Shown here: piece after piece, positions 52,206 through 64,000 of the stretch
How the letters are laid out: the number at the start of each line of letters is the position of its first letter
Position numbering within the stretch: position 1 is the stretch's first letter
From: Syncephalis fuscata S228
Taxonomy: Eukaryota > Fungi > Zoopagomycota
Assembly: GCA_025786725.1 (NCBI GenBank)
Contig: JAHLTZ010000002.1
Coordinates: forward strand, 1 to 64,000
Length of the DNA: 64,000 bases
Reading direction: 5' to 3'
The notes under the pieces: generated by a model
Told to the model about the DNA's origin: nothing
Databases searched by the model: none
Seen by the model: the letters and a program-made list of their open reading frames with translations, nothing else
Made by a program: the position numbers and the translations under genes

Positions 52206-54872
52206 AGCGTAAAATCAACTTAAAATGCTTTGGTGATATACAGACCGGTGGTATGGTTAAGAGAAACACTGTATTTTCAACTGTAGTTTATAAAGAAACA
52301 ATAATAGAAATATACGAGGGTAAAAGTGAAAAAAGAGAAAGAAGTATAGTAAAGGCAAGGCGGGCCATATCGACGTATGAACAGTTATGTAGGAAAACGT
52401 TACACGTGTCTCAATGTCAGTGCATTAATTTAATTAAATGCCATTGGTCCAAATTAAAACACGTGAAAACAAAGTTGGTAGTTTCTACTTTCGTAAGTTT
52501 TCAAACAGCGACATTTGCAGCAATACATTGCTACAGTTGCCTGATTTACATAATTGCGTCAATTTGTTAATGTAGTTGTATTTGGAACAAGAGTCAATGT
52601 CATATGGACTTTAGTATTTTTATGATTAACGTCATCTTATTTAAACCAATATGTTGCTCTATTTTTCTTCGTCTTCTTCTGCTGCTTAGTCACTGCTTAA
52701 AATATCCTATTTCTGAAGTTGTAACAAAATATGTAATTATAGCTCGGTTGATAATTTACAATAAATATTTATACGCATAATTACAAATTACTTAATAACT
52801 TTGTATTAAAGCGTTGAACTAATTAATAATTTGCACAAATATACGTATAATTACAACTGGTATTAAATTTATTTAAACTATATTAAACCAATTAACAAAA
52901 TCAATTATTTGATTGTTTGCTCAAATATACGAATTATTAAATAATACCTCTATTTTTAGGGGAATTTGTGAAAATACACCGTTTAAATTTATTTAAAATT
53001 GATAAATATTTATTAATAAATTATTTTTTGCTTGCCCCACACTTCATTTTTTGTAATGATGCTCACCGCAAACTAAATACTCTTTAATAATACGTTTTCT
53101 TTTCTTGATGGCTATTTCATTAGTAGTTTTTTTTGTTTTCAATAAAAGTGTTTGTTTTAATATTAACTACTGTTCCAATATTATTGGTGCTAACTTTTAA
53201 GAACATATTTTTGTATTGTATTTTTAGTTGCATTTGCTACAAGTATATTGTTGGAAGCCTTTTAACAAATAAAACATGATTGGCATTACTGTTACTATTA
53301 CTACAATTGACTAAATTACGTAAATAAATATTTAAATTAAAATTGCTGCATTTATTGTAGTTAACTTTTTTCCCACCAGGGATTTTTAGCTTTGTAACTT
53401 TTATTATTCAACATTATTATAAATACATACTACTATTATAATTAGTACGAAACAATATAATTATACAAAAATATCCCTTTCACCCGACCACAAACCAGTT
53501 CAAGGAAAAGATACAGAACTCAAGACAAGTATAAACACTAGATCACTATATATTTTTTTTAAAATTCTTTGACTGTTTTTTATTTTCGGTTAATAAAGAA
53601 AAATTAATAAAGCGAGAATAATATAATTATAATTATATTATGAGTACTAAAATTATTTTTTTAAAAATATAAATTTTGTAAGAAAATTACTCAAATAATA
53701 ATAAATATGACTTTTTATAACCTAATTTATTTAGTTTATTATCAAAATTTATAAAATTACAATTTTTGCTATAAATATGCTAATTTGAGCTATTTTTATA
53801 AGTTAAAGCCATTTAATACTAATAGTATTTTATTAAATTGATCTTATAGCATCTAATTAAGCTACTTTTATTTCTTTTTTCTTATTTAGTTACTTGGTCA
53901 ATGTTACATTATTTTATTACTATTTTTGTAACAATATTGTCACTGTTCTGATATTCCATACAGGGTCTTGTAAAAGTGTGACCAAGAGCTATACCATGTA
54001 ATTGGATCACCAGTTAAAGTCGCATATAATCGATCACAAGAATAATATACCTATCGGATATTAGTACCGATTACTAGTAACAAATACATATTACGACAAT
54101 ATGACGAGTAGCTACTTGTTAGTTGTGAGCATATGAGCAGCCATTTGAACTAATATGCTGCGCTAATGGCGAAATACTACAAGGCATTCAAGTTCTATTA
54201 TTAGTTATGTTTACTATCTAATGATAGCTTTATTCAATATCAATAAAGGAATAATCAAGTTTCTAGTCCAATATTATTTCTACTTAGTGTCATACAAGTT
54301 ATTCAGTTTATTATAGTTAAACTGTGATAATTAAGACCAATAAGGAATAATTTTATTATAAAAGCAATACAACCAAACAACACATTGTATTCTGAGCATT
54401 AATGTAAGCGTTAATAAGCATCAGAAATTAACGTTATAGGATAGCGACAGGATAAGGTGTTGCTTGGTCATCTAAGTTGCAATTTCTAAAACTAGAAGCG
54501 TAACAATGTCATTTTTTATTGAATTAAAAGCACACCAAGCTTTGCAATAAAAAACAATAGCATTTATTAAGCTATTACAATTGTTTGTGTATATTAAATA
54601 ATTAAATATGTACTTAATACTTTATTTGTACATCTTTTGACTTTACATTTGAGAATGTAACAATTTCATTTACAATTGCCAACAAGTTTAAATCTAGCAA
54701 CGGCGCTTCTCAGTTTTTTGATACTGTCAAATGTAACTTTTTTAAATAATTGGTAGCAATTGTGGCAGATTTTCTTAAATCTATATTTTAATAAATAAAA
54801 TTTTAAAAATTTTAAAAAGGAATTTATTATGGTGGAACTTAAAAACGGTGTATTTTTCTAGTTTCCCCATAA

Positions 54873-56451
54873 TTTAATTGCCATTTTGTTTTGTTATTAA
54901 ATCTAATGTATAGCATTTATGATAAAACGCCGCAGTAACTGTACTAAATATTGATTTATGTTCAAAGAAAAATAACAATAATATTTTATGCTAAAAAATA
55001 TGTGGAGCACAATTAAAAAAAATAGACTTAAGTTTTAATTTACAGTTACATATTTGTATCAATATAAAATATTGTGCGTCATTTAATATTATTATACAAT
55101 TTAATTTAATCTATTAACCGTTTAGTATGATTTGTAGTTAAAACGACTTTATTTATTAACATTTAATCTACTAAACATGGTGGTGGGTGACATCAATTAT
55201 CAAATACTCATCATTGTAGATTCATTATCCGGTACGCATATATACTTTATTCACTTATATCGTTAACGATGTATGTCTATACTATTATATAGCATTTAAT
55301 TCGATAAGAAATACATCATACTGTTATAGGTTTCAATTACATATAGTTTTCTAAATGATGAGTTAAAATAAGTTGGCGTCTATTAATAATAGCTTTAAAA
55401 CCAAAAATAGCAACTGCAATATGTTGCGGATATTTACTAGACTGTAAAAATAATAAGCATTATAATAAATATGTAATATTGAGTGAGATTAGCAATGTTA
55501 AAGTTATTGAGCATATATGCAGGATCAATGAGCGGAATTAGTCGACATTTATTAATGATAGCGCTAGCACAAAAATAAAAGTAGTTTTGGATAGAGCATG
55601 AATAGGCGATTATAGAATGATATATATAATTATGAGTATACGGTAAAAAAGCGTATAAAATGATGTTAAAATTACAGTGCATATAATGCAATGAGTAGAC
55701 TGAGTAAAGTATATTGCTGCATATAATAAAAAAGTTTATTTGGTATGTCGTAGAATGATATATAGTAGTATAAAATAGAATGGGAATGCTATAAATAAAT
55801 GGTGAATATGTGCATACTGAATAATAAATCTAATGATGAGTATTTTGATGATTGATATCACTCACCATCTATCATCATATTCAATAGATTGGATGCCATT
55901 AGATGTTAGTTATTTGACCACCAAACAAACAATAAATGTGGTGATGTGATGATTAAATAAAACTCACCACTTGTCCCCATGTTCAATAGATGGAATGTGT
56001 AGTTCAATTACGCGAATGTCATCAATATAGTCATTTGACATCCAAATCACATTAAATTATTAATGAATTGCTTAATGTAAAAATATTATTTTTATTTAAT
56101 TAAATAAATGATATAATATATACAATATTATAATATAAGCCATAAATCGAATGGCATTGTACATAAAAAGACTGGACAAATTAAAGACTGACAAGGAAAT
56201 TGTTCAAGTGGTGAAATGCAAGAAAGAATAAAAATCAATTGCATAAAATCAAGTATATTCATAGAGCAATGTCACTGGTAAAATAAGAAGGATGGATATC
56301 AATGCATAAACACATGACATTATCATAGAACATGCTATTATAATTGAAGCTAAATTGTAAGTATTAGATTTAGTATATAAGCAGCAGTGTTTATTGAATG
56401 TTAAATAAAATACTTGTAAACATACCTATTCTAAACTACGTCTTGTATATA
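54873..56451. mobile_element. Copy B of the composite repeat. Core inverted relative to copy A; IR arms at ~55168-55245 and ~55801-55887.
   Basis: Flanks are direct repeats of copy A, while 55457-55810 is the reverse complement of ~46575-46930. The ORF track shows the same spurious peptide on opposite strands. Confidence 0.6.
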
Positions 56452-56740
56452 GAACCAATTATAATGTCACAGCCCACTGTATTGCTCTAGCAGCCATGTA
56501 AGCTATGTTTTTAGTATTCTTAATAAGCCTGATCACCTTATTACAATTTGACTTGCCATATAATATGGCGCAATAAGTGTGCCTTTTGGGGGATTGATGT
56601 GGCGTTCAAGTCCAATATCTTTTATTTCCAAAAAAGCAAGGGAACTTGAAGTAAAATAATCTTAAAATTTTAATTAATTTATAAATAGCAAAGTCTATAT
56701 TTAATTAACTTTTATTTTTATTTTTTTTAAAAATTACCTC

Positions 56741-58562
56741 ATGTCAACACAAACTGATTCTTCATCGCAGGCAACAAAGCCACGCCGACGTTTTGTCGGA
56801 CGAGCAGCAGCTCAGAAGGCCACCTCGGAAGCTGCAGAAAGTATCGAGGAACTTGATGTGGTTAAAGGTAAGTGGTTTTGCTTTTACTGCAACTCATTAC
56901 TTAGCGCAAATAACGTAGCATCACCTACGACAACCACAACGACATCAACACGATCGCGTATTGCTAATCAAGTGCCAGACGACATTATAAACGATGAATC
57001 CTTGAGACAAGCTGTGGCATTAGTAAGCAGCTAGCTGGCAGGTGTTTTCTTTAAGTAACAATGTTACTAATGATATCAACAGCTACCCTCTAATTACAAT
57101 TTTGAAATCTTTAAAACAGTATGGCAGATTCGTCGGGCCAACGCCAAACGTGGTATGTAGATATTGAATTATATTTATTGCATTATTAATTACGGGTTTA
57201 TTTATTATTTAGTGGCATTGCAGTTCCCTGAAGGCATTCTTATGTTTGCATGTGCTATTTCTGATCTTTTAGAAAGGTAATTGTTATTTATTGCTATCGC
57301 ATGTTTATTGTTACTAAGAATACTGTTTTGCAATTAGTTTCTGTAATGTAGAGACTGTAGTAATGGGTGATGTCACCTACGGTGCATGTTGCGTGGACGA
57401 TTTTACCGCACGTGCACTTGGCTGTGATTTTATGGTTCATTATGGCCATAGCTGTTTAGTGCCCGTAAACGTAACAACGATCAAGACAATGTATGTATTT
57501 GTTGATATTGGCATTGATACAGAACACTTTGTAGCTACAGTACGGAGCAATATATCATCTGGCCAACGGTTAGTCTTGGTGGGCACAATTCAATTTGTGG
57601 CCGCACTTCAGGTGAGTTAGAAATGAAAATAATTGTAATAACTAGATCAATCATTTAATGGATGATATACAGGCAGCTCGACATTTACTAGAGACCGATT
57701 ATGAACTTAATGTGCCACAGGCTAAGCCTCTTTCTCCTGGAGAAGTGCTAGGATGTACATCACCAAAACTTTCCGGCTATGATGCATTGATGTAAGGTTT
57801 TGAAATGAACTTGGTCTAAAAAACTCATTATTATTATTGAAATAGCTACTTAGGAGATGGTAGATTTCATCTAGAATCTATTATGATATCTAATCCTGAA
57901 CTACCAGCCTATCGGTAAGTACAATTGGCACGTTTCTGGTCTATCTAACATTTAGCCAGCTATGATCCATACTCGAAAAAATTTACTCGTGAGCGCTATG
58001 ACCATGAGGAAATGTATTCTTTGCGTCGACATGCAATCGACACAGCACGCAAAGCCAAGCGATTTGGATTGATTTTAGGCACACTTGGAAGACAAGGCAG
58101 TCCGAAAATTATGGAGGTATATAATATCAATATTAATAATAGTAGATAACATGTTTATTAATATTGACTTTCTATTATAGTATTTACAGGAAAAGATACT
58201 ATCAAGTGGCCGAACATGCACAACAGTATTATTATCTGAAATATTCCCCAGTAAATTGGATTTATTCCCTGATATTGACGCGTAAGAACATATACACATA
58301 ACATACACCGATTATAATCTAAACCTTTAACTTTAGATGGATACAGATTGCTTGTCCACGTCTGTCCATTGATTGGGGCTATGCCTTTACAAAGCCACTA
58401 TTGTCACCGTATGAAGCAGCGGTAGCATTAGAAACAGTCGAATGGCAGAGCATTTATCCAATGGACTTTTATGCTCAAGATAGTCTTGGTCCATGGACCG
58501 TTAACCATGGCAAGGCCCGACCCAAACGTGTAAAGGAAACATCAGAGTCGGCCAAGGTTTAA
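56741..58562 (+). CDS. DPH1: Diphthamide biosynthesis protein Dph1, about 10 exons
   Basis: [72 protein letters not shown] and YPMDFY. Confidence 0.95.
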
Positions 58563-58623
58563 ACTAATAAAACTATTGTTACCAAAGACTATTTATTTAT
58601 GTTACGGCCGATGCAAGCAATGG

Positions 58624-59733
58624 CTATGACGGTGTATAGCTGTTGATCCATCCAAGTAGTTGTTGGTTCGTTATTGTAGTGGGATGTACAGGCAGGGCTA
58701 TATCACTATGGTGGCTATTAGATGTTGACATGATAGCCAATGCCATAATATGATGATTATCGATATAGTTGAGCTGAAATTGCCACTGGTTTTTGTTTAA
58801 CTGTGGATTTGTTACGTCGAATTGAATATCCGAGTGGTAAATAGTAGTCTATATTGATTCGTAAGTATTTAATAAATAAACTAGTTAACATTGATATAAA
58901 TCACCTGTTTGGCAGTTGGTAGTAGATCTGAATGAGTGAATTGAAAGGAAAGCCCATTTATTGCTAAATCATCATGAGCTATACCCCAGCCTAAAGCTTT
59001 GACCACTGCTTCTTTCAGTGCCCATCGTGTCATTAAAGCAAGCATTTTATAATTTGGATTAGTGGTAGATGATGCACAAATTGATCGCTGTTCATCTAAT
59101 GAAAACTGCAATTATGTTATGAGTTAGTATCGCTAGCTTTATGGTGCGTAATACAAACCTGTTCTTGCAATGACTCGAATAGGGCATCGCTGGTTGTCGA
59201 ATATGAATTAGTGTCCAGTTCTGTAGTGACGATATCCACACCAATAGACCACGCAGCATCATTTGCAGTGTTGATAGAAGTATCTACTGCTATTCCAGCA
59301 AATGCAATCCAATCACCGTGGTGAGAGACGTTAACATCAAATGACGATATCATTCTTGCCGTTGAAGAAGTAATCTTTTTATTTACAGCGTTAAATAACA
59401 GCCATTAATAACTACTACTACTTACTGAATACATGGGTTTGCCATAATCGCCAATCTGCACTTTAACATCTGTCCATGCACATTGAAACTGCTGTACTAG
59501 CCAGCATCGAGTCAGTAATTTGCCAATAAGTGAACGTAATTGATCCTTAATATGCCGGTACTGTCGAATAGAATTGGATTCGCCGACTGGTAGTAGCGAT
59601 AATAAATGTGATAATAGCTATGTACTGCTGTATTAATATTTGTAGTAATTATTTTTATTAAGCCATTTATTACCTGGTCATCAAATTTAACATCTTTTAA
59701 ACTAAAACTCCATAAATCTACAATCAAACTCAT
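58624..59733 (-). CDS. LYS5: Sfp-type 4'-phosphopantetheinyl transferase (Lys5/AASDHPPT), multi-exon
   Basis: DQLRSLIGKLL, YGKP, NVSHHGDW, IGVDIV and WALKEAVVKALG motifs across spliced exons. Confidence 0.88.
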
Positions 59734-59882
59734 TATTGCTATTAATCAATTATCGAAATATATTATTATTTATTAACAGTAATCCAAGTAACCCAACGAA
59801 TTATAGGGACATACCTAAATCATAACAACATATCCAGTATTAGTCAAGGTTATTATACACTATTGTATAAACAATTAAACAG

Positions 59883-59970
59883 TGCGCATCAGTAAAATGA
59901 GAATGAGTCGCCATACACCGGTACAAGTACCAGCCTTCCGTATTAGCATGAAATAGGCATCATTCGCGCA
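59883..59970 (-). ncRNA. snR53: Intronic box C/D snoRNA, snR53-like (predicted 18S Am796-equivalent guide)
   Basis: Terminal stem TGCGC/GCGCA and variant box C ATGATGC (59963-59957). Guide TATTTCATGCTAATA is followed by D' CGGA and is complementary to conserved 18S UAUUAGCAUGGAAUA. Box D CTGA at 59892-59889. Lies in intron 60003-59815. Name assigned from recalled yeast sequence. Confidence 0.75.
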
Positions 59971-60357
59971 AGTGGCATCAAATTAATCAAATACACTACC
60001 TACCTATCTTAACCTATAAACAATAGCCACACAGCACAGATACCTAATAGAGCGAATCAGTAACAATGTATACAATGCTATGATATCATTTTGAAAGGAA
60101 AACACCATCATGGTGGCAATGAAGCAGAATCAGTAGGTGATGTGTCAACCTTGACTAATGTCTTCAGGATTTGATGATACATTGATGACATCTTGTTCCG
60201 CTCATTGAACGTGGCACCAGGTAGATCTTTGAAATACTTACAAGAACACAAGGAATGGCGGACAATAGCAATCTAAGATATTAATAGCATTAGTAAAACA
60301 ATCTAATATAAATAGATAGCGATAGAGAATGCGTTTCATACTGTATGTGTTCAAGCA

Positions 60358-60469
60358 GCTTGTCTCAGAATATAAAAGGCTGTTTGCTTAAGTGTTCTAC
60401 ACTGAGTGGTACGTGTTTAGCACGTCCAGTCTTTCGCCTGGGGCGACAAGCAATCATCACGGAACAAGC
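60358..60469 (-). ncRNA. snR67: Intronic box C/D snoRNA, snR67/SNORD31-like (predicted 25S Gm2619-equivalent guide)
   Basis: Terminal stem GCTTGTT/GACAAGC and box C GTGATGA (60460-60454). Guide TGTCGCCCCAG is complementary to conserved LSU CUGGGGCGGCA. Box D CTGA at 60368-60365. Lies in intron 60551-60273. Name assigned from recalled yeast sequence. Confidence 0.8.
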
Positions 60470-62134
60470 GCTGATATACATAGTTTATGCATGGAACAAA
60501 TTCGCACGGCGTTTCAGCCATGCTACAAACAATAGGCAACACTGTACTCACCAAATATAACAACCGATCCAAAGACAAATAAAATAAATAGACAAATATA
60601 AGAAGTAGAAGAGGAAGAAGAAGGGCTGGTACTTGATAGCTCAGTGCACTCGTCACCAGCTTATGAACTTATAGTGTTTGAAAAGCAAAAAAAAATCTAG
60701 CCAATAGGCATGGGATCACCCCATGCCACCATATTTGACTCCCCTTAATTCATATTCGTAGTTTTAAGTATAGTTGGATCGGTTTTACTTGCCTACAAAG
60801 CACAGCCACTTCTGGTGCATTGTGTCGAACTCCGCTTCATGCCAAACACTATACGGAGTGGTAACCATTAAGACTTGCTTTATGCGAGAATAGAACAATA
60901 CACGCTTATCTCTTTTCTCTCATGCTCACCTTCCTTCGTTTCTAATAGCCATACCTTCTGCCATTACTAAAACCCGTCTGTAGGTTGCCATTCTGGTGAG
61001 ACGGCTTGCCATTCTTTTCAATTTATTTTTTCTATTGGATTTTATTTCTAAAGCACTTTTAGTCGTGTGCAGGTCACCGATTTACTAGCGTACATACAAG
61101 TACACAAGCAACGAAAGCATAGCGTTATCGTGGAATTTTCCCAGTACCATCTGTGTAAGTGTTTATATATAGTCTATTGGTAGAAAATCCGGTTCTACTG
61201 CTCGCCATTTATGCATATATCCATCTATTCATTGATGTGATTCGATTCGATTCGCTGCGGCCATGTTGCTGCGCATAACGGCATATCCATTCCCCCTCAG
61301 CAGATATTGCACTGCCATTACCAACAGCAGCAGCAGCAGTAATCTGTAGAACGAAATACAGAAGCTGTGAATCGAATCCAATCATATCGATGAGTGCTGA
61401 ACATATGCAAGCACATATAGTTGTCGCTTCCATTTGCCTCTTTCTCTCTAGACGTAAATAGCTGAACATCATCCTTTCTCGCCCATATTACCTTTCTCGC
61501 CTTACTGTCGGGGTATCTCTGTATCAATAATTTGTCCTTTTTCGTCAATTGTCGTACCAGCCAAATTCGCTGACTCCTTTATTCCTTTTTATTTCTCTAC
61601 ATATACACTATTTACTCAGTCTATCACTTTTCTTTTACTTTATCTTATCAATAGCGCTCTCACACACACACACACCTACTATTACAATTGTTATTATTAC
61701 ACGGCTATTGTTGCCTACTGCTCCCTTTGCCTGGCAGTGCATATAGTACTGTCATCTTAACGGGCAGCTAGTATTTGTTAAGAACGTTGATTGTAATTAT
61801 TAATCTGACTTCTTTTGGCGGCCTCATCTATTATCATTACCGCTTTTGTTGTTTACTATTGGTTTTTCTCTTTGATTGTATGTATGTTCTATAGATCGCG
61901 CAACTACTTTATATGTTCAATTTTGCAGTAATACTAATAACTATACGTATATCTAACCAACCACCTTTACACCGATCGCCACTACACCCCTTTACAGAGA
62001 ATCAGGGTGACTGAAGAGTATCGAGAGTTAGAAACAAAAGGATATTGCTACGGCTGGACTTTTGCAGACGCGTTTGCAGATCTGTTTACAATTAAACTGC
62101 TACTATTTTTTGCTACTCGCTGCTGTTTAACATC

Positions 62135-62882
62135 ATGGCGATCCAAAAGAGCGTTCGGGTTATGTTCCTGGTGATGAACTCTATATTTTTTGCAGCAGGC
62201 ATCGCCAGTGTGGCCATAGGCGCTTTCTTTCAAAATAATCACCATGCACGACGAAACGCCGTCGTATCAGAGGATAACATTCTAAGTATGTATTTAAATC
62301 CACTCATTACTATATCAGCCATGTACTAACTGCTGAACTATTACAGGTCTTATATCGATCGGCGCCATTGTTTTATTCTCTAGTGTAGTTGGATTCTTTG
62401 GCTTTGTGCAGCCTATACCGCGCAAGCCAATCCTTATTTCGTTTAGTATATCCGTGGTCGGTATTGTCATTGTATTGGTGGTCATGGGCATCCACGTATG
62501 GTACACAACACTTACTATGTACGATGACTTTGCTTTTCATTGGCGTAAATGGAGCGTGTCGCTCCGTGATAACTTCCAAACATTTACGCCAGGATCGCCA
62601 TGCTGTGGCTACAGCAATCCGCACGACTTTCCTGCACCCAGCGATTTCTGCGGTGCAACAACGCCAATGTCTGTTCCTGGCTGTCGAGACACCATTTATG
62701 CATATGCTAGCTCGTATCTAACCAATATCTACACGTGTACTTTCCTGTTTGTCTTTATCGGTATTCTCGACTTCCTCACCACCATTATGGTTATTCAGTC
62801 AGCCAATGAAGAGGAACGATACGAGAAGATGTCGCAAAAGCGCGTGACACGGCCAGGCGAGCTCAGAATGCAGTATCTATAA
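62135..62882 (+). CDS. Fungal tetraspanin, Pls1-like. Intron 62286-62346.
   Basis: Four TM segments, a large extracellular loop with CCGY plus two more Cys, and a C-tail EEERYEKM resembling the charged Pls1 tail. Confidence 0.85.
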
Positions 62883-64000
62883 TATTGTGATTTAAACTAC
62901 CGTCCAAGTATCGTTGACCGCCACCACGCACTCACTTCTCATTGATTGATCTCCGATAGACTACTACGCCACAATTATGAAAATTAACTTGTTTCTTTAA
63001 TCATTATCGTAATGCTGGCCTTCGTCGATGTTCCTTTATTACTGGTTATTTTATATAACACAATAATGGTTATAAAATAGAAACGAACAAAGTGTAATTA
63101 TTAATACTAAATTGTCTGCTGGCCGTCAAGCATTTACCGTTTGATACGGCTTGACTCGCGGTAATATGTTTAGCATTATTTCCTACTTTATCGTTGATAA
63201 TGATTATTCAGTCTAAATTTATTAGTAAACCATTACATTTATTAATGATAATATTATTTGTTGTAAAATGCTTCTATAGCACCTTGTAGCTAATTAAATG
63301 TAAAAACAAAGTATAGACCAATTAAAATACAATCATTACTCGCATTGGCCATGGTGTGGTGTAACCATTAGCGCTTTGCAGAACAATAATAATTAGTTGA
63401 TAGCTATGCTTAAATACTAAAGTAGTAATAATGTATATGGATGACATCGTCCATCAAAATACTCGTTATGATAGATTTGTTATCCTGTACATATAAATTA
63501 TATACTCATCTGTATCATTTTGTAGTGCTTTATTATTACTATTTACACCGTCTTTATTTGCAATTTCTTCTTTTTATACTGATTTGCTTTCTTTTGAGCT
63601 TGCTATTATTATAAATGTTTTATTACTCAAATTAAATACCATAGGATTTGTAGTTCACTGCTTTTAACTAATCCAGAAATTGTTAGATATAATCAGCCAA
63701 CTTAAATACATGTTTAAATAAGTTATGTTTTACACATACTTGTATCGTTTGTTCTATTATTGCGTATGGACAGTGAGCAAAATAATGCAAAATTCATGAA
63801 TAATAAGACTGGAGTTAAACATATAACAGTTACAAATAGAACATAACAAAGCAGAAATGCTGATTAAAAGCACACACTTTTGAAATATAATTTATGTTAA
63901 ATGATTGCTTTTATCATCTATTCATTTGTCTTAATCAAAACTAATAAAATTTATTAATCTATACTAAAATAGTTTCAAGTTAGCCATTACTGTGGATAAG

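Larger units (their letters stand above)
59734..60640 (-). other. Spliced non-coding snoRNA host transcript, possibly the 5' leader of the PPTase gene (introns 60551-60273, 60241-60044, 60003-59815)
   Basis: Three GT donors (GTGAGT, GTAAGT, GTAGGT) with CTRAY branch sites and TAG acceptors, separated by exons of 31 and 40 nt with no evident coding function. The 5' end is approximate. Confidence 0.65.

Noticed and set aside
56560-56620. tRNA-like A box (TGGCGCAATAAG) and B box (GTTCAAGTCC)
   Set aside because: Acceptor, anticodon and T stems do not pair into a cloverleaf. At most a degenerate relic; tRNAscan-SE would settle it.

Overview
Eukaryotic, AT-rich, intron-dense fungal DNA with many short GT-AG introns. 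Gene content and intron style suggest an early-diverging fungus, possibly a Zoopagomycota mycoparasite such as Syncephalis; this is inference, not a search result. Recognisable genes are a histone-fold-like protein, a chitin deacetylase, CPA2, eL28, separase, a PIGBOS1-like microprotein, a multi-pass membrane protein, NTE1, RFC4, an SSSCA1/ZNRD2-like zinc-ribbon protein, ARL3/ARFRP1, a bacterial-type RpiB, two tandem PA-domain subtilisins, DPH1, a LYS5-type phosphopantetheinyl transferase (PPTase) and a Pls1-like tetraspanin. Highlights: (1) HIS1 (ATP phosphoribosyltransferase) is fused in frame behind a ~630-aa membrane-anchored helical-repeat/coiled-coil region. (2) An intronic snoRNA cluster (snR67-like, an unidentified structured RNA, snR53-like) sits in a spliced leader that runs into the PPTase gene. 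(3) A duplicated AT-rich element has its core flipped between inverted repeats. (4) Separase has a candidate U12-type intron. Many genes carry 1-2 nt deletions that look like assembly errors, so frameshifts should not be read as pseudogenisation. All comparisons to known sequences are from memory and by eye.
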